NCBI RefSeq assembly: GCF_004010195.1
Contig: NC_057718.1
Coordinates: 88,268,876 to 88,308,132 of the forward strand
Direction of reading: 5' to 3'
DNA length: 39,257 bases
Source of the DNA: Chiloscyllium plagiosum
Lineage: Eukaryota
Shown piece after piece: positions 1 to 12,287 of the stretch (its first letter is position 1; the number at the start of each line of letters is the position of its first letter). The notes under the pieces were generated by a model. That model had not been told where the DNA came from. It saw nothing but the letters and a program-made list of their open reading frames with translations, and ran no database searches. The position numbers and the translations under genes were made by a program.

Positions 1-349
1 TAAATATTTGGGAATTGACAACAGTTAACCTTCAGTGTATTTTAAATTGGAAAATGAAAAGCAATGCAAATTTCCACATATATGCCAATGCCATTCAGCT
101 GTACCTCATTACTGCATCTTCTACACATCCACTTTCCCTGACTAAATTGTCAGATGGTGCAATAAAGGATGAGCAGAAATGTTCTCAAATTAAGTAATAG
201 CATCACTCTTCCTAATGTCTTTACTTCCCTTGACAAACTGTGTTCCCTTGCCCTTAACTCATTGCTCTCTCTGAGGAGCTGAACCAGGCTGTTTGAAACC
301 TATGTTGTTTGTTCCAAACTTGTGCTTTGGATGTCAATGCCACTGTCAA

Positions 350-700
350 AGTTATTGTTTAATGCCCATCCATAAATACTCTGAGAAGATGATGGAGAGA
401 TGCTTCCTTTAACAATTGCAACCCATGTGGTATAGGTGCCTTCACATCCCTATAGGAAGGAAGGGAGTTCCAATATTTTTAGGCAGCTTCATGATGAAAG
501 AACAGCTATATGTTTCCAAGTTAAAATGGTGTGCGGCTTGCAGGTGAACTTGGAGATGGTTGTGTCTGCATGTTTGTAATGGTTGTGGGTTTGAAGAGTG
601 CTGTTGGAAGTGCTTTAGGGAGACCACCTGTAGAGAGTACACTTTGCTTTTATGCAGAACAGCCCTGGCAGGAAAAGTGAATGTTTAAATTCATGACACG
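350..700 (-). mobile_element. Old dispersed repeat, probably a LINE 3' end in reverse orientation
   Basis: Recognisably similar to 17320-17590 (shared tgct..ctttaacaa.tgca, ggagttcca..atttt, tat.tttc.aagt.a.aatggt). Family assignment and strand are inference. Confidence 0.45.
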
Positions 701-769
701 TAGAAATAAACTTCTAGTCATATATCTGCACAATTGCTAAGTCTGTTTCTACTGCTGTAATGTTGCCTC

Positions 770-912
770 TATCCTTCCGTCAAATCAAATGCAGATGAAA
801 TTATTATCCATGTTTTTGTTACCTCTAAACTCAAGCATTCAGTGCCCTCTTAGCTGGCCTCCCAATCTGATTTTTGTAATCTTCATCCAAATCTCTGTTG
901 CCAGTGTCCTTT
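770..912 (+). mobile_element. Degenerate L2-clade LINE ORF2 fragment
   Basis: Translates across a frameshift to IIHVFVTSKL...ALLAGLP...IQ.SVASVL, resembling the L2 C-terminal motif LIHAFVTSRLDY.NALLAGLP...QNxAAR. Confidence 0.6.
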
Positions 913-1329
913 GAATGTATAGAGTTTGACCAGAAACCAACAGCTCAAAAGACAAATGGGCAATCAGTGGCTGTGGGACAGGGTTATATCAGATAAAGCC
1001 CTGGTGAGTTCAAGCTGGCCTTCATGAGCTTTTAGGATAAATGTTTCTAAGACTGAGAGGATATTCATTGTGCAGATATCTTGAGTGGAGCTCACTGAAT
1101 ATTGATTTTCTTCATCAGCATTTGGTCTTTGTAAAACTAATCAGCAATCACATTTCTTAACATTAGATATTATTTTCTGACTATCTGACCTTGATGGAGC
1201 CCTATATGGCTTCTGTCTGGTGGTTTTTGCCGAGGCCATGACTCAATCACACAAGGAACTACATTGTTGGTATTCGTGCAATCTTGTAACAGTGCAATTG
1301 AGAGTTTTGCAGTAACTATTGGCAAAGCA

Positions 1330-1600
1330 GTGAGCAAATTTTGGCTTAATTACTAGTGCTCACATCTAAGTCGTGAATTCAAGTTCTACTCCAGAGATTG
1401 TGCACACATAAATCAGGCTACGAATCCTGGTGCAGTGCTGTGGGAACATTGCTCTGTCAGAGGTACCATCTTCCAGATGAAACATTAAATTGAGGCACTG
1501 TCTGTGTTTAAAGTAAATATAAAATACCTCATGACACTAATGGAAACAGTAAGGTATTTACCTTAGTGCCCTGGCCACTATTCATCGCTTAAGCACATAA
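1330..1600 (+). mobile_element. Deu-domain SINE remnant (SacSINE1/AmnSINE-like)
   Basis: gtgcagtgctgtgggaacattgctctgtcagaggtaccatcttccagatgaaacattaaattgaggc...gtgccctggccactatt matches the recalled Deu core GTGCAGTACTGAGGGAGTGCTGCACTGTCGGAGGTGCCGTCTTTCGGATGAGACGTTAAACCGAGG. Confidence 0.7.
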
Positions 1601-1732
1601 AAACACAACTTAATCTTTCAGCAATCCTTAAATTCTAGAAAAGACATATAAAAACTGCCTATGCAAGATCTTTATTAAGTAAAGGAAGGAAACTGAAAAC
1701 CGGTAACTATAAGTATTTTGATACAGTGTAAA

Positions 1733-1767
1733 CCCCCCTCCTCCTCTCCTCTCCTCCCCCCCCCCCC
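1733..1767. repeat. C/CT-rich low-complexity tract
   Basis: ccccctcctcctctcctctcctcccccccccccc. Confidence 0.85.
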
Positions 1768-1894
1768 GCCGCACGCTAATTTAAACCTGTAACACAAAAG
1801 ATTTATCCTGTGCAGTAATCTGTGAACATTCAAGAGGGGAGACCCCTCACACTTTCATAACAATAACTTAAAGTCTACTTTGGGGGAAATTTTA

Positions 1895-2346
1895 AAGAAT
1901 TTGATACCAGAGCATTTAGAAATACACAAAAAGATCAGGCAAAATCATTATGGCTTCATGAAGAGGACATTAAAAGCAGGATAGATGACAGGGAAACAAT
2001 GGATGTAATCTATTTGGATTTTCAGAAGGTATTTGATAAGGTGCCATACATTAGGCTACTGAAGAACTCGTGTTGGTGTTAATATTAGCATGGATAGAGG
2101 ATTGGCTAAATAATAAGAGACAGTAGGGATAGCAGTGCATTTTCAGGATGGCAACCTGAAATTAGTTGTCATAGTGATCGGTGGTGTGGCCACAATTATT
2201 GACCGTATATGTTCTAGACTTGTATAAGGAAAGTGAATGGACAATAGCCAAGCTTGCGGATGACACAAAAAGTAGGTGAGAGTGACAGATGGAATGTGAA
2301 ATTATGTATTTTAGTAGGAAGAATAAAGGAGCTGAATATTCTTGAC
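1895..2346 (+). mobile_element. Old CR1 RT fragment, left half of an element split by a younger CR1
   Basis: DVIYLDFQKVFDKVP at about 2002-2046, KLADDTK, and CEIMYFSRKNKGAEY. Continues at 7174 with LERLQKS...IGKANGM. Confidence 0.8.
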
Positions 2347-5300
2347 TTAGAGTCATAATCATAGAGATGCACAGCATGGAAACAGAGGCTTTGCTCGGCA
2401 TGGACAAGTTGGACCGGATATCCCGACCCAATCTAGTCCCACCTACCAGCACCTGGCCCATATCCCTCCAAACCCTTCCTATTCATACACCTATCCAAAT
2501 ACCTTTTAAATGTTGCAAATTATACCAGCCTCCACCACTTCCTCTGGCAGCTCATTCCATATACGTACTACCCTCTGCGTGAAAAAGTTGCCCATTAAGT
2601 CCCTCTTTTTTTTCTTTCCCCTCTCAACCTAAACCTCTGTCCTCTAGTTCTGAACTCCTGCATCCCAGGGAAAAGATTTTGTCTTTTATCCTATCCATGC
2701 CCCTCATGACCTCATAAATCTCTATAAGGTCACCCCTCAGCTTCTGATGCTCCAGGGAAAACAGCCCAATCCTATTCAACCTCTCTCTACAGCTCAAATC
2801 CTCCAACCTTGGCAACATCCTTGTAAATCTTTTCTGAACCTTTCAAGTTTCACAATATCTTTCCAATAGGATGGAGACCAGAACTGCACGCAATATTCCA
2901 ACAGTGGCCTAACCAATGTCCTGTACAGCCGCAACATGATCTCCCAACTCCTGTATTCAATACTCTGACCAAAAAAGGAAGCATACCAAATGTCGTCTTG
3001 ACTATCCTATCTACCTGTGACTCTACTTTCAAGGACCACTCCAAGGTCTCTTTGTACAGCAGCACTCACTAGCACCTTACCATTAAGTGTATAAGTCCTG
3101 CTAAGACTTGTTTTCCCAAAATGCAGCACCTCGCATTTATCTAAATTAAACTCCATCTGCCACATCTCGGCCCATTGGCCCATCTGATCAAGATCCTGTT
3201 GTAATCTGAGGTAACCTTCTTCGCTGACCACTGCACCTCCAATTTTGGCATCATCTGCAAACTTACTAACTATACCTCTTATGCTCAATCCAAATCATTT
3301 ATATAAATGATGAAAAGTAGTGGACCCAGCACAGATCCTTGTGGTATTCCACTGGTCACAGGCCTCTAGTCTAAAAAACAACCGTCCACCACCACCCTCT
3401 ATCTTCTATCTTTGAGCCAGTTCTGTATCCAAATGTCCAGTTCTCCCTGTTTTCCATGAGATCTAACCTTGCTAACTAGTCTCCCATGGGGAACCTTGTT
3501 GAATGCCTTACTGAAGTCTGTATAGATTACATTCACTGTTCTGCCCTCATCAACCTCTTTGATACTTCTTCAAAAAACTCAATCAAGTTTGTGAGACATG
3601 ATATTCTGCGCATAAAGTTATGTTGACTATCCCTAATCAGTCCTTGCCTTTCCAAATACATGTACATCCTGTCCCTCAGGATTCCCTCCAGCAACTTGCC
3701 CACCACCGATGTCAGGCTCACTGGTCTATAGTTCCCTGGTTTGTCTTGACCACCTTTGTTAAACGGAGACATCACTTTAGCCAACCTCCAGTCTTCGAGC
3801 ACCTCACCTGTGACTATTGATGATACAAATATCTCAGCAAGAGGCCTAGCAATCCCTTTCCTAGCTTCCCATGGAGCTTTAGGATACACCTGATCAGGTC
3901 CTGGGGAGTTATCCATTTTTATGCATTTCAAGACGTCCAGCACCGCCATCTCTGTAATATGGACATTTTTTTTCAAGATGCCACCATCTATTTGTCTAGA
4001 TTCTATACCTTCCATGTCCTATTCCACAATAAATACTGTTGCAAAATACTTGCTTAGTATCCCCCCCGCCCCCATCTCTTGTGGCTCCACACAAAGGCCG
4101 CCTTGCTGATCTTTGAGGGACCTTGTTCTCTCCCTAGTTACCGTTTTGTCCTTAATGTATTTGATAAAACCCTTTCAATTTTCCTTAACTCTATTTGCCA
4201 TAGCTATCTCATGTCCCCTTTTTTTCCCTCCTGATTTCTCTCTTAACTATACTCCTACTACCTTTATACTCTAAGGATTCACTCAATCTATCCTGTCTGT
4301 ACCTGACATTTGCTTCCTTCGTTTTCTTAACCAAACCCTCAATTTCTTTAGTCATCCAGCATTCCCTATACCTACAGCCTTTCCTTTCATCCTAGCAGGA
4401 ATATACTATCTCAGGACACTCGTTATTCTCATTTCTGAAGGCTTCCCACTTTACCTGAAAACATCTGCGCCCAATCAGCTTTTGAAAGTAATTGCCTCAC
4501 ACCATCAAAATTGGCAGTAATTCTCCAATTTAGAACTTCAACTTTTAGATCTGGTCTATCGTTTTCCATTTCTATTTTCAAACTAATACAATTATGGTTG
4601 CTGGCCCCAAAGTGCTCCCCCACTGACATCTCAGTCACCTGCCCTGCCTTATTTCCCAAGAGTAAGTCAAGTTTTGCATTTTCTCTAGGTATATCCACGT
4701 ACTGAATCAGAAAATGTTCTTGTACACACTTTACGAGTTCCTCTCCATCTAAAAGCAGCACAGTGGTTAGCACTGCTGCCTCACAGCACCAGGGTCCCAG
4801 GTTTGATTCCATCCTTGGGTAACCGTCTGTGTGGAGTTTGCACATTCTCCCCGTGTCTGCGTGGGTTTCCTCCCACGGTCCAAAGATGTGCAGGTCTAAA
4901 TTGCCCAGTGTTAGGTGCATTAGTCAGAGGGAAATGGGTCTGGGTGGGTTACTCTTTGGAGGGTCGGTGTGGACTGGTTGGGCCGAAGGGCCTGTTTCCA
5001 GACTGTAGGGAATCTAATCTAATATAAACCCTTAACATTGTGGCAGTCCCTTTATATGTTTAGAAAATTAAAATGCCCTACCATAACCACCCTATTGTTC
5101 TTACAGATAACTGAGATCTCCTTACAAATTTGTTTCTCAACTTCCCTCTGACTATTGTGGGGTCTATAATACAATCCCAATAAGGTGATCATCCCTTTCT
5201 TATTTCTCAGTTCCACCCAAATAACATCCCTGGATGTATTTCTGGGAATATCCTCCCTCAGCATAGCTGTAATGCTATCCCTTATCAAAACTGCCACTCC

Positions 5301-7173
5301 CTCTCCTCTCTTGCCGCCTTTTCTGCCCTTCCTGTAACATTAGTATCCAGGAACATTAAGCTGCTAGTCCTGTCCATCACTCAGCCATGTTTCTGTAATT
5401 GCTATGATATCCCAGTCCCATGTTCCTAACCAAGCCCTGAGTTCATCCGCTTTCCCTGTTCGGTTTCTTGCATTGAAATAATTGCAATTTAATTTATCAG
5501 TCTGAGTTTGTTCTCTGCTTTGTCCCTGCCTGCCCTGACTGTTTGTTTGACTCACCTTTGTTCTCAACTGTACCAGTATCAGATTGATCTCTTTCCTCAT
5601 TATCTCCTTGGGATTCCTCCCACCCCCACCCCTGCCCAACTTACTAGTTGAAATACTCCTGAGCAACTCTAGCAAATCTCTCTGCCAATATATTAGTATC
5701 CTTCCAATTTAGGCGCAATCCGAGCTCCTTGTACAAGTCACTTCTATCCCAAAAGAGATTCTGTGATCCAAAAATGTGAATATTTCTTGCATACTCTAGC
5801 TCCTCAGCCAGGCATTCATCTGCTCTATCCTTCTATTCCTGCCCTCAGTAGTTCATAGCACCGAGAGTAATACAGATATTACTACTGTTAAGGATCTCCT
5901 TTTTAACTTCCTACTTAATTCTTTGTAATCTCCCTTCAGAATCTCAACCTTTTCCCCTCCTGTGTTGTTAGTTCCAATGTGTACAATGACCTCCTGGGTT
6001 TTATCCCCCTTGAGAATATTCTGCACCCTCTCTGAGACATCCTTGATCCTGGCACTAGGGAAGCAACACACCATTCTGACCACTTTCTGCTGGCCACAGA
6101 AACGTCTGTCTGTACTCGGACTAGAGAATCCCCTAACACAATTGATCTCTTGCAACTCGACATACCCTTCATTACATTAGAGCCAGTCTCAATACCAGAA
6201 ACATGGCTATTTGTGCTACATTCCCCTGAGAATCCATCACCCCCTATATTTTCCAAAACAGCATACTTGTTTGAAATGGGGATAGCCACTACTTGCCTAC
6301 TTCTCTCACCTTTCCTGGAGTTAACCCATCTACGTGACTGTATCTGCGACTTTTCTCCCTTCCTATAACTGCCTTCCATCACATCCCCTTGCTCTTGTAA
6401 ATTCCTCATTACGTCTAACTGTCTTTCCAACTGATGCATTCGATCTGATAGCAATTGCAACCAACAGCATTTATTGCAGATATAATCCTCAGTAACCCAT
6501 AAATGTTCCCTAAACTCCCGTATCTGACAAGAAGAGCATATCACTACTAAAAGCCATTTTTGCTTCTTTCAATCTACAGACCCAGAAAATCGCTCTGTCT
6601 TATTCCTCTACAAAACTCGATTCCAGGTTAAGTTAATACTGATGGCTTATGTCTCTTGATTAAACTTAAAAATATATTTCAAAATAACATATAATCAAGA
6701 AAGAACCCACTCTACTCACTACTGCAGACTTACTGTGATGCCACACTTAAAATTTTCACTTATCTGTTTATGTACTGTGACCTCTCCCAAACAGGTTCCT
6801 CCAAGATTAGTTGTGAATTTCACTGTTTGTTAATTTTCCCAGATGCACTCCGATGTCTAGCAATACATGAATTCAAACAGCAAAGGGAGTAACTGCGCAC
6901 GTTCACTGCTGTGTCAGTTAGCAATGTGGGTTTCTTTCTCTCTCTGTCTCCTGCCCTGACCTAACCATATGCTTCCTTTGTCTGTTCCTCTCACTTCTAG
7001 AAGTGCTGTTGTTTTGACTTTGTTTTGGAAGTTTGGAGGGGGGAAAAATGCACAGTATATAAAACTCCTGGAATTCGAGGGAATCACCTCCAACACCTAA
7101 AATACCTCAAAAAAGGAGCAGCTGTTGCAGCCAGAAATTTTTCCCATCCTTCATCTTGGATTACCCAGAATCC
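2347..7173 (-). mobile_element. Apparently full-length CR1 LINE (HER1-like), disrupted; ORF1 about 6558-5700, ORF2 about 5495-2600
   Basis: ORF1 has CSSC..ICNKC, a coiled coil, and IVLGDSLVR/CCFPSARIKDV/VHIGTNN (SGNH esterase). ORF2 has APE (YFNAR, IIAITETWL) and RT (NYRPVSLTSVVGK, KFADDAK). The 5' end is collinear with the 19401 copy, and the 3' tail ends in ...atgactct. Confidence 0.93.
4755..5024 (+). mobile_element. HE1/V-SINE nested in the CR1 endonuclease region
   Basis: tRNA-like head cagtggttagcactgctgcctcacagc..ggtttgattcc, V core gtggagtttgcacattctccccgtgtctgcgtgggtttcc, CR1-like 3' end, (aatct)n tail. Interrupts CR1 sequence ctctccatctaaa|cccttaac. Confidence 0.9.
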
Positions 7174-7332
7174 TTTAGAAAGACTGCAGAAATCTTTGGA
7201 ACCAATGGAATCCTCACCCATGAAGCACAAAAAGCTAGCAGCCAAGTTCAGCACTTTAATAGGGAAGGCAAATGGAATGTAGGTCTTTATTTCAAAAATA
7301 ATCAAATATGAAAGCACCAAGGTTTTGCTAAA
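7174..7332 (+). mobile_element. Old CR1 RT fragment, right half
   Basis: LERLQKS...HEAQKASSQVQ...IGKANGM..FISK.IKYESTKVLLK continues the 1895-2346 fragment. Confidence 0.75.
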
Positions 7333-7344
7333 AGCACCACAGCT

Positions 7345-7510
7345 TGAAGCACACTAGCTTTTGGAGCGACGCTCCTGATGAACTACCACCTGATGAAGGA
7401 GTGTCGCTCTGAAAGCTAGAGTGCTCCCAATTAAACCTGTTGGACTATAACCTGGTGTTGTGTGATTTTTAACTTTGTGCACCCCAGTCCAACACTGGTA
7501 TCTCCAAATC
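7345..7510 (+). mobile_element. Short Penelope-like terminal repeat (family B) with inverted 5' piece and hammerhead motif
   Basis: 7349-7380 is a partial reverse complement of 7390-7425. Shares cctgttggactataacctggtg..gtgatttttaa with 12949-12982. Confidence 0.75.
7390..7418 (+). ncRNA. Minimal type I hammerhead ribozyme motif (PLE family B)
   Basis: CTGATGA-A-GGAGT gtc GCTCT-GAAAG-CTA: core intact, stem II present, palindromic loopless stem III (AGCT), weak stem I. Confidence 0.65.
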
Positions 7511-7549
7511 AAAACTAAATGTCCATCTTCTGCTCCTGTTTCTTATGGT

Positions 7550-7720
7550 CTAATTGGTTAGTTATCCCATTGTAGTTTGCGGGAGCTAGGTGTGCGCAAA
7601 CTGGCTGCTGCGATTTCTCCATTCCAACAGTGATTACACTTCAAAAGTACTTCATTAGCTGCATAGTGCTTTGGGACATCTGCCATGAGATTGCTATATA
7701 AGCAGAAGCCTGTTCTTCTT
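7550..7720 (+). mobile_element. Deu-domain SINE 3' part
   Basis: gtttgcgggagct..gtgtgcgcaaactggctgc...acagtgattacacttcaaaagtacttcattagctg...gctttgggacatc...gctatataa. Confidence 0.75.
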
Positions 7721-7805
7721 AAAAAAAACAAATCAACAAGAAAGGGAAGAATATCAAATTATTTGTTCTGTTAATGTTGCAGGAGTTGAACCTTCAGTTC
7801 AGAGT

Positions 7806-10363
7806 ATTGTAAGAATAATAGGGTGGGGATTTTAACTTTCCAAACATAGATCAGGGCTACTACAGTGTTAAGGGTTTAGATGGAGAGGAATTTGTAAAAT
7901 GTGTACAAGAACATTTTCTGTTTCAGTATGTGGATGTACCTACTAGAGAAGGTGCAAAACTTGACCTCCTCTCGGGAAATAAGGCAAGGCAGGTGATTGA
8001 GATGTCAGTGGAGTACCACTTTGGGGCCAGCGACCATAATTCTATTGGTTTTAAAATAGTGATGGAAAAGCATAGACTGGATCTAAAAGTTGAAGTTCTA
8101 AATTGGAGGAATGCTAATTTTGATGGTATTAGGCAAGAACTTGCAAAAGCTGATTTGGGTCAGATGTTCGCAGGTAAAGGGATGGCTGAAAAATGGGAAG
8201 CCTTCACAAAAGAGGTAACGAGAGTCCAGAGACAATATATTCCTGTTAGTGAAAGGAAAGGCTGGTATTTGTGGGGAATGCTGGATGACTAGAGAAACTG
8301 AGGTTTTGGTTAAGAAAAAGAAGGAAGCAGATGCCAGGTATAGACAGGAGAGACCAAGAGAATCCTTAGAGTATAATGGCAGTGGGAGTGTGCTCATGAT
8401 GGAAATCAGGAGGGCAAAAAGGGGACATGAGATAGCAAATAGAGTTAAGGAGATTCCCAAGGGTTTTTACAAATATATTAAGGACAAAAGGATAACTAGG
8501 GAGAGAATAGGGCTCCTCAAAGATCAGCAAGGCAGCCTTTGCTTGGAGCCGCAGGAGATCGGGGAAGATTATTTTGCATCAGTGTTTACGTTGGAAAGGG
8601 TGTGGAACATAAATAATTTGGGGAAATGGATGGTGATATCTTGGAAAAATGTCCATATTACAGAGGAGGAAGTGCTGGATGCCTTGAAAAGCATTAAGGT
8701 AGATACATTCCCAGGGCCTGATCAGGTGTACCCTAGAACTCTGGGTAGCGAGGGAAGTGATTGCTGGGCCTCTTGCTGAGATAATTGTATCATTGACAGT
8801 CGCAGGTGAGGTGCTGGAAGACTGGAGATTGGCTAATGTCATGCCACTGTTTAAGAAGGGTGGTAAGGACACCGCAGGAAACTATAGACCAGTGAGCCTG
8901 ATGTTTGTGGTGGGCAAGTTGTTGGAGGGAATCCTGAGGGACAGGGTTTGCACATATTTGGAAAGGCAAGGACTGATTAGGGATAGTCAACATGGCTTTG
9001 CGCGTGGGAAATCATGTCTCACAAACTTGATTGAGTTTTTTGAGGAAGTAACAAAGAAGATTGAGGGCAGAGCGGTGGACGTGCTCTATATGGAGTCAAG
9101 CATGTGGTGCTGGAAAAGCACAGCAAGTCAGGTGGCATCCGTGGAGCAGGAGAATTGACGTTTTGGGCAAAAGCCCTTCTTCAGGAATAGCGTGATCTAT
9201 ATGGACTTCAGTAAGGCATTGGACAAGGTTCCCTATAGGGGACTGGTTAGCAAAGTTAGATCTCATGGAATACAGGGAGAACTGGCCATTTGGATACAGA
9301 ACTGGCTCAAAGGTAGAATACAGAGGGTGCTGGTGGTGGAGGGTTGTTTTTCAGACTGGAGGCCTGTAACCAGTGAAGTGCCACAAGGGTCAGTGCTGGG
9401 TCCACTACTTCATGTCATTTATATAAATGATTTGGATGTGAACATAGGAGGGGTTGTTAGTAATTTTCCAGTTCAAACCAAAATTGGAGGTGTAGTAGAC
9501 AGCGAAGAAGGTTCCCTCATATTACAGCGGGATCGTGATCAGATGGGCCAGTGGACTGAGAAGTGGCAGATGGAGTTTAATTCAGATAAATGTGAGGTGC
9601 TGCATTTTGGAAAAACAAATCTGAACAGGATCTCTACGCTTGACGGTAAGGTCCTAGGGAGTGTTGCTGAGCAAAGAAACCTAGGAGTGCATGTTCATAG
9701 CGCCTTGAAAGTGGAGTTGCAGGTAGATAGGATAGTGAAGAAGGTAATGATATGCTTTCCTTTATTGGTCAGAGTATTGAGTACAGGAATTGGGAGGTCA
9801 TGTTGCAGCTATACAGAGCATTGGTTAGGCCACTTTTGGAATATTGCATGCAATTCTGGTCTCCTTCCTATTGGAAAGATGTCTTCCTATTGGAAAGATG
9901 TTGTGAAACTTGAAAGGGTTCAGAAAAGATTAACAAGGATGTTGCCATGGTTAGAGGATTTGAGCTACAGGGAGGGGCTGAATAGGCTGGGGCTGTTTTC
10001 CCTGGAGCGTTGGAGGCTGAAGGGTGACCTTTTATAGGCTTATAAAATCATGAGGGGCATGGATAGGATAAATAGACAAAGTCTTTTCCCTGGGGTGGGG
10101 GAGACCAGAACTAGAGGGCATAGTTTTAGGTGAGTTATAAAAAGGGACCTGAGCGTGTTGTGTGTATGAAATGAGCTGCCAGAGGAACTGGTGAAGGCTA
10201 GTACAACTGCAACATTTAAATCTGCATGTGTAAATGAATAGGAAGCGTTTAGATGGATATGGGCCAAGTGCTGGCAAATGGGACTAGATTAGTTTAGGAT
10301 ATCTGTTCGGCATGGACGAGTTGGACCGAGGGGTCTGCTTTTGTGCTGTACATCTCTATAACT
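7806..10363 (+). mobile_element. 5'-truncated CR1 LINE (same young family), from the end of APE through RT to the 3' UTR
   Basis: GDFNFPNID, NYRPVSL, DFSKALDKVP, VPQGSVLGPLL. 3' end ggcatggacgagttggaccga..ctgtacatctctataact. Confidence 0.93.
9095..9190 (-). mobile_element. 96-bp solo PLE terminal fragment (family A) inserted in CR1 RT, with 15-bp TSD
   Basis: Flanked by cgtgctctatatgga (9080-9094) and cgtgatctatatgga (9191-9205). Homologous to 22137-22230. Hammerhead at 9157-9184 (-) carries GAAA>AAAA. Confidence 0.85.
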
Positions 10364-11759
10364 GACGTGCCTGTGCACCTTTTTCCCTATGAATAACGCA
10401 GGCCAAAACATTCTTATTGTTCTCTGGATTAACCAGTGTTCATCTGTCTTGTTTTTGTAGATTTTCTTTCTTCCCATTGATTTCCTCAATTTACAAAAGT
10501 AAATAATTAACGTGCAAGAGTTTTCAAATGCACAAAAGCTGATATTTTTTTTCTGGAAAATTTTTTTTGGAACAATGTCATTCTACTTCTGTCTCTTTTG
10601 ACTTGTCAATTCTACTTTGGAATTCATTGTCAAGAATACTTTTAAAATAATTGAGAGATTAAAATCAAGATGCTCAGAACGCCAGGATTGAGCACAAAGA
10701 ACTCTGAATACTGTGGGACCAAGCAGGTTACATAAATAAGGATTAGGGAGAGTGTGAAGGGGTTTGACCGTGAAAATGAGACATTGCTGAATTGAGAGCC
10801 AACGAATGGTAGCAAGGTTGGGGGTGATGGGAATGAATTAGGATTCAGGCAGAAAAAGGAACTTGATGACAGATATTCGCAATTTACTGAGGAGTGAACA
10901 GCTGCATGATCCACTCGAGTGCAAGTTCAGCAGAGAGCTGATCCATTTTCCTACGGCATTTCCTTTTATTAATGGTCTCAAGCATCCAGTGTGTGGAGTT
11001 ACAATTGCTGTTTCCTTCCTTTTGCACATAATGAGCTTTCTTTCCAAGAACGGATCTGATTTACAATGACTGTACTGGCTGAGGAGGATATGTCGCAGTG
11101 CACAAACTAACTGTGATAAGGATGGCACATTGAGTAGAATCCATCTAATTCCATAAAATTGTTGAGAAATTACTTTACTTCATCTAGCAAACTCGACCCA
11201 CCATGTGGTACTAGTTCAAAGTGAACAAGTTTGTCCTCATATTTAAGGTCTGTCTGTTGGTCTGTGCTGTGCAAGCACTGTGAATTAACCATGATGTTTG
11301 AGGTGCTGATTTAAATAGTGTTGTTGAAAAGCTATATAAAATATCTTAGTTTTCTGCTCTAATTTTTTTTAAGTGTTTCAGAATTTTCATCTTGCTGCTC
11401 CTTTCTCTTGCCTAAAATTGATAATTTATGCAGGACCCAAGTATGCGTGCTGCCAATTTTCAAGGGAGCCCAGCCATAGACATGTTCAGCATTCTCGGAA
11501 TTAGTAGATGGCAAAAGGATAAGAATGAGATATGTGGACTGGAAAGGAAATCCTACTTTTGGAAGGAAACTGAATGGAATCTTGTTTCGAGCAACATGTG
11601 TCGGTCATCTAAGCAAGCCAAACTGAGTTGAAATTTAAACAGTTAAAAATCACGCAACACCAGGTTATAGTCCAACAAGTTTATTTGGAAGCTCTAGCTT
11701 TCGGAACGCTACTCCTTCAGGTGGTTGTGGAGTATAAGATCTTAAGACACAGAATTTAT

Positions 11760-12060
11760 AGCAAAAGTTTATAGTGTGATTTAACTGAAATTGTTTTGAA
11801 AAAGCCCTGGATTGTTTAAGTCTCATCTTTTAGAATGAGCGTGTTGTTTCAGTTCTTTCATATGTAAATCACAGAACTTTAAAGTTACATTCTCAAGTGA
11901 ACTTTAACAAAGCAAAAGTTTATAGTGTGATTTAACTGAAATTGTTTTGAAAAAGCCCTGGATTGTTTAAGTCTCATCTTTTAGAATGAGCGTGTTGGTT
12001 TCAGTTCTTTCATATGTAAATCACAGAACTTTAAAGTTACATTCTCAAGTGAACTTTAAC
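11760..12060. repeat. About 151-bp direct tandem duplication
   Basis: 11760-11910 and 11911-12060 are identical apart from about two single-base indels. Confidence 0.93.
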
Positions 12061-12244
12061 GATTGATGTCATGTCAGCCCAGATGATGCATTTAAGGTGT
12101 GAGGTACCCTGTGTGAAGCTGTCTGTGCCACAGTGTTCAGACTGATTCTAATCTAAAAATGGATTTGCGGAATCTTACATGGATTTGTGCTGTTTTTGAA
12201 CAAAATAAAATGTAATTCTGCAAGTACAAATTCACCCCACAAAC

Positions 12245-12246
<2 letters not shown>

Positions 12247-12286
<40 letters not shown>
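12247..12286. repeat. (TG)n microsatellite
   Basis: About 20 TG units within the fold-back element. Confidence 0.95.

Positions 12287-12287
<1 letters not shown>

Noticed and set aside
1720..1862. Possible short solo LTR (TG...CA ends)
   Set aside because: No TSD, no second copy and no internal signals to support it.
9864..9901. 19-bp tandem duplication cttcctattggaaagatgt in CR1
   Set aside because: Real, but ordinary slippage in a dead element.
9192..10037. Functional reverse transcriptase ORF
   Set aside because: The catalytic FADD motif is replaced by FPVQ, there is an internal frameshift, the element is 5'-truncated and a PLE is inserted upstream.
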